This document shows positions 58,039 to 64,000 of a stretch of 64,000 nucleotides of DNA, one piece after another. Under the pieces are notes generated by a model. It had not been told where the DNA came from, made no database searches, and was given only the letters and a program-made list of their open reading frames with translations. A program made the position numbers and the translations under genes. Numbering within the stretch: position 1 is the first letter of the stretch; every line of letters begins with the position of its first letter. The stretch comes from a virus (Duplodnaviria > Caudoviricetes), in the IMG/VR virus record IMGVR_UViG_2870282538_000006, positions 29,068 to 93,067 of that record, one strand, 5' to 3'.

Positions 58039-59121
58039 ATGAATATTAATGAACATAAGCTAAGTAAAGAATCATTAGAAGTTTTAGAGCGAATGAAACG
58101 CCAATTGGATCTATCGGAAGATTGGAATAACATCCCGAAAAAAGATTTAGTCTCTGTTACAGAGGCTTTATCGACTCAGGATGCTAGTATATTAATCCCT
58201 CGTGTTGTAACAGGAATGATGCGAGAAGCAGCAGAACCATATTACATCGGTTCTGATCTATTGCAAAAGGTGCGCCTTACTGAAGGCCGGTCAATTGAAT
58301 TCCCATCTATTGGTGCAATGAGAGCCCATGATATCGGGGAGTCTCAATCTTACCTCGAAGAAACTGTTGACTTCCAACTTCACAGAACACAAGAAGTGAA
58401 GGTCGGTAAGTCCGGTATGATTGTACGAGTAACTGATGAGATGATTAATGATTCTCAGTGGGATGTTATTGGTATCTTGGTCCGAAAAGCTGGAGAAGCT
58501 ATGGCACGACTGAAAGAAGAAAAGATTTTCAAACAATTTTCTAAGCATGGGCACATTGTTTTTGACAACGATATTCGTGCGAAATATCCTGAAGCCGGTA
58601 CGAGTGGTATGGATATTGAAGGAAACAACAATAACACCATGTCAACAGAAGACATGATTGACTTATTCCTTGCTGTTATGAGTAATGGATATAATCCTAC
58701 CGATGTATTGATGCATCCATTAACGTGGTCAGTATTCTTTAAAAACGACATTATGCAATCACTGACACATGCAGCACTTGGTGGATCTCAGATCACGAAC
58801 TTACAAATTAGTCCTGATCAAGTGCAAGGAAGAATTCCGTTTGCAATTAATATTAACTTTACACCGTTTGCACCATTTAATTTTGAAACTAAGAAGTTTG
58901 ATATGTATGTTGTTGATCGTCAAAACGTTGGAATCCTTCTAGAGAAAGATCCTTTGACTACAGAACAATTTGATGATCCAATGCGTGATATTCAATCTAT
59001 CAAAATCAAAGAACGTTACGGTATTGGAGTTCTTAACGAAGGAAGAGCTGTAGCAACGGCTAGAAACCTGGCATTTGAGAAATCTTATCCAGCTCCAGAA
59101 CGTATTAAAATTGTAAACTAA
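58039..59121 (+). CDS. major capsid protein (HK97 fold)
   Basis: LIPRV, KSG...VTDEMINDSQWD, MHP, KERYGIG; followed by terminator. Confidence 0.9.
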   Translation: MNINEHKLSKESLEVLERMKRQLDLSEDWNNIPKKDLVSVTEALSTQDASILIPRVVTGMMREAAEPYYIGSDLLQKVRLTEGRSIEFPSIGAMRAHDIGESQSYLEETVDFQLHRTQEVKVGKSGMIVRVTDEMINDSQWDVIGILVRKAGEAMARLKEEKIFKQFSKHGHIVFDNDIRAKYPEAGTSGMDIEGNNNNTMSTEDMIDLFLAVMSNGYNPTDVLMHPLTWSVFFKNDIMQSLTHAALGGSQITNLQISPDQVQGRIPFAININFTPFAPFNFETKKFDMYVVDRQNVGILLEKDPLTTEQFDDPMRDIQSIKIKERYGIGVLNEGRAVATARNLAFEKSYPAPERIKIVN

Positions 59122-59138
59122 TAGGATAGTCTAACGCT

Positions 59139-59178
59139 AAAAGCGGGGGAATGAATTTTCGTTCGCCCGCTTTTTTTT
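59139..59178 (+). terminator. intrinsic terminator after capsid gene
   Basis: AAAAGCGGG...CCCGCTTTTTTTT. Confidence 0.8.
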
Positions 59179-59197
59179 ATAAAGGGAGGAACTTTAA

Positions 59198-59764
59198 ATG
59201 AAAAAGCTAAAGCTAGGGTTGGCAGCTAATAAAACAAGCTATTTTGATCCACTAACAAACACATATATCACATTAGAAAAGCCAGTTGTAGATGTTCATT
59301 ATGAGAATTATAAAGTATTAAAGAATATTACGCATGCTATTTTATCCTCTGTCCCTGCTCTTGTTCTATATGAAGGAAAACTACCAGAAGAAGCAATTAA
59401 GGAATGGGAAGAGAGATACATGAAGCCATTCAGAACAGATATGTCAAAACTTCGAAGAGCATTAACTGGAGATATGGTTCCACCAGCTGTTAGAGCAAAT
59501 CGGGCTTTTGATCGAGCAGATCGGATCAAAGACGAATCAATTGATTTCCCAGAAGCACCAACTGAAGAACCGGTAAATCAAGAACCTGTCACAGAAGAAC
59601 CTGTAACTCCAGAACCCGAAGAGGGAAATGATACTGTGGTTCAACAATCCATTGAACCAGAAGATAATGAAGAAATAGAATTATTCCCGGAAGAAGAAGC
59701 GGAAGAGGAAAAGCCAAAAACAAAAACGAAAAAAGGCACTAAAAGCAAGAAGTCTGAGAAATAA
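59198..59764 (+). CDS. hypothetical late protein with acidic Pro-rich repeats and basic tail
   Basis: TEEP/NQEP repeats. Confidence 0.75.
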   Translation: MKKLKLGLAANKTSYFDPLTNTYITLEKPVVDVHYENYKVLKNITHAILSSVPALVLYEGKLPEEAIKEWEERYMKPFRTDMSKLRRALTGDMVPPAVRANRAFDRADRIKDESIDFPEAPTEEPVNQEPVTEEPVTPEPEEGNDTVVQQSIEPEDNEEIELFPEEEAEEEKPKTKTKKGTKSKKSEK

Positions 59765-59782
59765 CTAGGAGGGCTAGAGTCT

Positions 59783-61879
59783 ATGTTAGAATCTCTGTTC
59801 TCAAAACAGATAAAGCAGCCCTTTCTAAAAGAGATTCCTGCTTTGGAATCTCTATTTTCTCATCAAGTTTCTCAGCAGTATGTTTTAAACGAGGGATTCC
59901 CTCTTTATAAAAAAGTTTTAGACGAGAGAATCTTTCGCCATATAACTTTTCTTGAAGATAATCCAAATCTGAAAGTAAGATTAAAAACTGTTGATCACAA
60001 TGGAAGAAGTCCAAGTGAGACATCAATTATCACCCAAAAAAGCATGAGCATTAAAATTGGACAGTTAGATACAGAGCTGTTTCGTATTAAGACGGTATTA
60101 TCTGAGGAGGATCATGGTGTAACAGATTCATATTGGGTTTCCGAGAGACAGATATCTCCTAGTCCCGCTACTTCATTCAACCAATATCGTTTAAGAGGAG
60201 TATCCAAAGAAGGGCTTAAGAGTGATTGGGTCTATTCCAATATTAAAGATGATAACAATGATGCCATAATCTACAACATGCTATATGATGTCTTAGACAT
60301 AATGCTAAACACGTATGATGACCAAATGGATCTATTGCTGGATCATATGATATCAGATACTTTCTTAGAATTAATGAAAGAAATGAATCCAAACTTGTTT
60401 AAAAATATTGATCCCAATGAGCGGCAACAACTAAGTATGGATGAAATACTTGTTGCATTTTCAGATGTATTGAAAACCGATACGGACGAAAAAATATTAT
60501 CACACCTTGGTGAAAAATTTCTTTTGTTAGGGACATTCTTGAAAAAAGAATTTAAAGAAAAAATCTTATCATCATCTGAAGAGTTTGCAGAACTTTATAG
60601 AGTGTATAAAGCAGTTGACCAGTACCAAGAAAGAAACACGGATTTTCTAGCGTTATTGGTGGAGATATTTTTAGAGGATCGTTATGAACAGCTTGAACAG
60701 AATATCAATGTCGAAGCATTATTGCATAATGATGAAGAAATGGGCGTTTTTCTAAAGGGAAGTTTTGATTTTGATATCAAGAGTGAACTAATAGCAGCTG
60801 CATGTAATGCATCACTTGATGATCATTTTGTTTCAGGTATAAATGATGCTGTAGAATTATTATCAGAACCTCTATTCTACGAGCAATTAGTGTATGGAAA
60901 AGATGAGGAAGTAGTGAAGTTCATAAGGATGGCAATGAAAGATCTTTATGCTCCTATGCTGGCGGTAGAACATCAAATTGTTACTCTGGAATCCGAACTC
61001 TACGATCATCATAGACAAGAAAAAAATGATTATGCAGCAGGGTATAATTTGACCGATGATGACGGATATGAAATACGAAATATGATTTTTTTCGATTTTG
61101 TTGAAGCATTAATTAAAGGAGATCTAGAAATCGAAAATGATTTCCATTTGATGTTTATAGACTCTATTATTCATCGAAAAAGTGATATTAGAAAATCGAT
61201 TATTTTGGATTATGGTTTTGAAGAATTAATGAAGGTATTTTTTAATATCGGCGAAACGTTTCGTCAATCATATTCACTCCTATTAAACAAGACAAATGAG
61301 AAACTGGCCGTTAATACAATTGAGGAAAGTAAGCTGATCCAGAAAAACAAAGGAAAAACGTTCAATGAGTCATATACCTCTGTGTTGAATGAAATGCATG
61401 ACATCTTGTCGGTAATCATTTCAGATAACATCCAAGAAAAGAAGGATATTCATATTTTTGATGAAATCACAGAACAATATGTAGTATTCAAAAAAGTAAT
61501 TAGTGATCTTATTGGTGTCAGTATTAAAGACCATCTTAATACTTCTGAATTGAAAAGTTACTTTGATTTAATCCAAGGGAAAAACCTTCAATTTAAAGAT
61601 TTAGTGAATAAAGATAATATAACTCAAGAAAAGGTGATTAAAGAAACTGTTTCATTGAGGCAAGAAGAACTTTACTATAACCTTTTTAAACATTATTTAA
61701 GAAATCCAAATAAATTCCCTATTTTAGACAAAAGATTCATTCAACTCTCTCATGAATTGAAAGATTATTTATTGGGGGATTGGAATGACGAAGTGCAGTA
61801 TGCTCTCGGGGATATGGATAATGGATGGACATTAGGGATATTTAAACTTGGTGTTAATACACTTAAGGGAGAGGCGTGA
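59783..61879 (+). CDS. hypothetical late/structural protein
   Basis: 698-aa ORF ending in LGxFxLG motif seen in tail-associated proteins. Confidence 0.7.
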   Translation: MLESLFSKQIKQPFLKEIPALESLFSHQVSQQYVLNEGFPLYKKVLDERIFRHITFLEDNPNLKVRLKTVDHNGRSPSETSIITQKSMSIKIGQLDTELFRIKTVLSEEDHGVTDSYWVSERQISPSPATSFNQYRLRGVSKEGLKSDWVYSNIKDDNNDAIIYNMLYDVLDIMLNTYDDQMDLLLDHMISDTFLELMKEMNPNLFKNIDPNERQQLSMDEILVAFSDVLKTDTDEKILSHLGEKFLLLGTFLKKEFKEKILSSSEEFAELYRVYKAVDQYQERNTDFLALLVEIFLEDRYEQLEQNINVEALLHNDEEMGVFLKGSFDFDIKSELIAAACNASLDDHFVSGINDAVELLSEPLFYEQLVYGKDEEVVKFIRMAMKDLYAPMLAVEHQIVTLESELYDHHRQEKNDYAAGYNLTDDDGYEIRNMIFFDFVEALIKGDLEIENDFHLMFIDSIIHRKSDIRKSIILDYGFEELMKVFFNIGETFRQSYSLLLNKTNEKLAVNTIEESKLIQKNKGKTFNESYTSVLNEMHDILSVIISDNIQEKKDIHIFDEITEQYVVFKKVISDLIGVSIKDHLNTSELKSYFDLIQGKNLQFKDLVNKDNITQEKVIKETVSLRQEELYYNLFKHYLRNPNKFPILDKRFIQLSHELKDYLLGDWNDEVQYALGDMDNGWTLGIFKLGVNTLKGEA

Positions 61880-61885
61880 AATAGT

Positions 61886-64000
61886 ATGAATAAAAATTTA
61901 ATACAAAAAATGTTGGACTTACTTCCGGAAGGAAGGAAAAAAGAAAGATTAATATCCAAATATAAGAGGGTTTTAGAAAGCAAAAATGGGGGTGAAAGTG
62001 GTTTGCAAGATTCTTTTGAATTAGAGCCAAAAGGCCACATAAAAGTCGAAGAAATTGATTCCTCTGGAAAAGTCTTAGGAGTCCTGGCTGATAAGTCAAA
62101 TTTGGTTGTAAATGGGGCAGAAGAGATTTTGTTGCGTTCATTCTCAGGGGACCCTAACCGTATTCTTTTTAAAAACCGCCTCCCAAAACAGGATGAAACT
62201 GAAATCTTCTTCATAGAAGAGGGGAAACTCTCTGGTGAAAATTTATTTGATGGGGATCAACTTTTGCACTCTCCAAACGTTTTATGGTCGGCCGTAGATG
62301 ATTCAAAATTTGATGTTGGATACGGGTATTTCCCAATAACAGTTTATATTAAAGAGGAAACATCTACTGAGTATGGGAAAAAAGCTTTTAGAATTTACAA
62401 AGACGCTGTTCCTGGTTCAGTTCCATTAAGTGCAGAAATTTATTCTACGTATACAAATATGTTCATTGGCATTGGAGAAGGAAAGCATTACAAATTGAAT
62501 ATGAATGATCCACGATTGATATTTTCTGAAGGATTTTCACCTAGTGAAGATGTTGCACAAACAAGTGTAGAAAAGCATGAAGTCAAATATATCGGGAAAA
62601 TAAGTCGTTTTGCGTTAGATTATGAAGTTACTAATAAAGGGGCAAAGATCGAGATTTATGTTAATGGTTCTCTAAGGGATACTGTTGATTCGTTAGATGA
62701 AAGTCTGTCTAATCCAATTACGAAATCAATAGAGTATGATGGGTTCGATAGTACGGTCGAAACAGAAATTAAAATTGTTCATGCTGGTGCAAATAGTGAT
62801 ATTGAAAATCCAGAAATGACGTTGAAAGCCTTATATGTAGATGAACTTACAAAGGATATGAATGGCCTTATTAAAGAATTCAAAAACTTCGAGAGCGAGT
62901 TCTTAACGCCGGCAGTTTACAATACAACACCTATGGGTCCATACACAATTCAGTTGCCGAACTTTCCTGTAAAAAAAGGCAGTGTTGAAATTAAATACAA
63001 TGAGCTAATTTTTACTGAAGTTGATTCTCCTGATAAGCTCACGGATAATACATTTTACCTCGATGACCTTCACGGAGTAATTGAATTCAATCGTGCATTA
63101 GCAGGTGTTAATATCACATACTCCATTACAGGTGAAATTTATGACACTGAGCTTCCAGATACAATGACTGCTACCAATGTTAGTTATGTGACAGCTTCAG
63201 ATTTAAAACAGAGTGAAACGCCTGTTGGAGTAGTTAATGGATTAAACAAAACGTTTACCCTAACTAAGAAAAACATCAAGAAGGATACAGTAATTATTAA
63301 GAAATCTGGGATAGACCTAGATGAATCAGACATTTCACAAATTGATTATTCTACAGGTGAAGTTGTTCTTGAAGTAGCACCAAACAGTGGGGAAACAATC
63401 ACAGCTGAGTATGTTTATGTGCATGAAGAGACAACTACAATTGATGCCAATAAATACACAACCCCATACGAGATCAAAGAAGGCACATTACGATTATTTG
63501 ACCAAAATGGGGAAGAACTTCAAAGGGCAGAAAATAAGCAAGACTTTGGTGATGGCAAATATATGCTTGTTGAAGGCAATAAAAGAGCAGTTCTGATTTC
63601 TTTGAAAAATAAAGAAAGCGAATCAATCACTAGAATTGAAGCCATTTATAAATCAGATGAGAAACCTGGGGTGCCAACTAACTATTCTCGGGCAGTAATT
63701 GAAAAGCCTAAGACTGTCAATGAGTATCCTTGGTTTGAATTAGATAAAGGGGCAGTTCGCTTTGTTGCTGAGTTTCCAGAACTCAAGCCTTCTCATAATG
63801 TAACTATTCGTGAAATGGGATTATTCGATGGCCCACGTATGGATGATAAGATAGCTGGATTTAATAACTATCCTGTTAAAGCATTTTCTCTAGTGCGTGT
63901 TGGTGAGACACGAAAAGATGTTAACACAGGCATTCGGATTACATGGACTATAACTTTATTAAATGAAGAAGGAAAGCCATTTCAAGGTGGAAATAACTAA
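61886..64000 (+). CDS. virion structural protein: collar/fibre-like domain interrupted by beta-sandwich inserts
   Basis: GHIKV...NLVVNG at N-terminus and VRFVAEF...IREMGLF...ITWTI at C-terminus; GVVNGLNKTFTL repeat type. Confidence 0.65.
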   Translation: MNKNLIQKMLDLLPEGRKKERLISKYKRVLESKNGGESGLQDSFELEPKGHIKVEEIDSSGKVLGVLADKSNLVVNGAEEILLRSFSGDPNRILFKNRLPKQDETEIFFIEEGKLSGENLFDGDQLLHSPNVLWSAVDDSKFDVGYGYFPITVYIKEETSTEYGKKAFRIYKDAVPGSVPLSAEIYSTYTNMFIGIGEGKHYKLNMNDPRLIFSEGFSPSEDVAQTSVEKHEVKYIGKISRFALDYEVTNKGAKIEIYVNGSLRDTVDSLDESLSNPITKSIEYDGFDSTVETEIKIVHAGANSDIENPEMTLKALYVDELTKDMNGLIKEFKNFESEFLTPAVYNTTPMGPYTIQLPNFPVKKGSVEIKYNELIFTEVDSPDKLTDNTFYLDDLHGVIEFNRALAGVNITYSITGEIYDTELPDTMTATNVSYVTASDLKQSETPVGVVNGLNKTFTLTKKNIKKDTVIIKKSGIDLDESDISQIDYSTGEVVLEVAPNSGETITAEYVYVHEETTTIDANKYTTPYEIKEGTLRLFDQNGEELQRAENKQDFGDGKYMLVEGNKRAVLISLKNKESESITRIEAIYKSDEKPGVPTNYSRAVIEKPKTVNEYPWFELDKGAVRFVAEFPELKPSHNVTIREMGLFDGPRMDDKIAGFNNYPVKAFSLVRVGETRKDVNTGIRITWTITLLNEEGKPFQGGNN

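Overview
A 64-kb segment of a large Bacillus-type phage-plasmid (temperate phage carrying plasmid partition modules). A leftward arm (1 to ~41.7 kb) carries early, replication/recombination and accessory genes: NrdG-like radical SAM, Gam-like, a PRTRC-type E1/E2/Ubl module, RecA, SSB, SF1 and SNF2 helicases, two ART-like proteins, a ParB-like protein, a degenerate RNase H, YneA-like LysM, a MazF-type TA pair, an IS3-family element and a ~1260-aa YonO-like single-subunit RNA polymerase. A rightward arm (41.9 to 64 kb) carries a Tad2-like protein, tRNAs, a ParM/ParR-like pair and the head module (TerS, TerL, portal fused to a MuF motif, protease/scaffold, capsid). The most striking signals are non-coding and centre on the polymerase. 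(i) Dispersed, strand-biased CCCC-GGA(T)-GGGG hairpins sit on the template strand just upstream of leftward genes and resemble N4-type hairpin promoters. (ii) A 3'-UTR RNA has an exact 18-nt complement to the polymerase ribosome-binding site. (iii) Three 350-500 nt, heavily paired non-coding segments (two pseudoknotted) flank the polymerase gene. Also found: a pistol ribozyme, a 14-bp palindromic operator regulon, a -1 frameshift fusing a coiled coil to a 3D domain, and a centromere-like array beside a single-protein Par candidate. All calls are by eye from motifs; no database searches or folding software were run.
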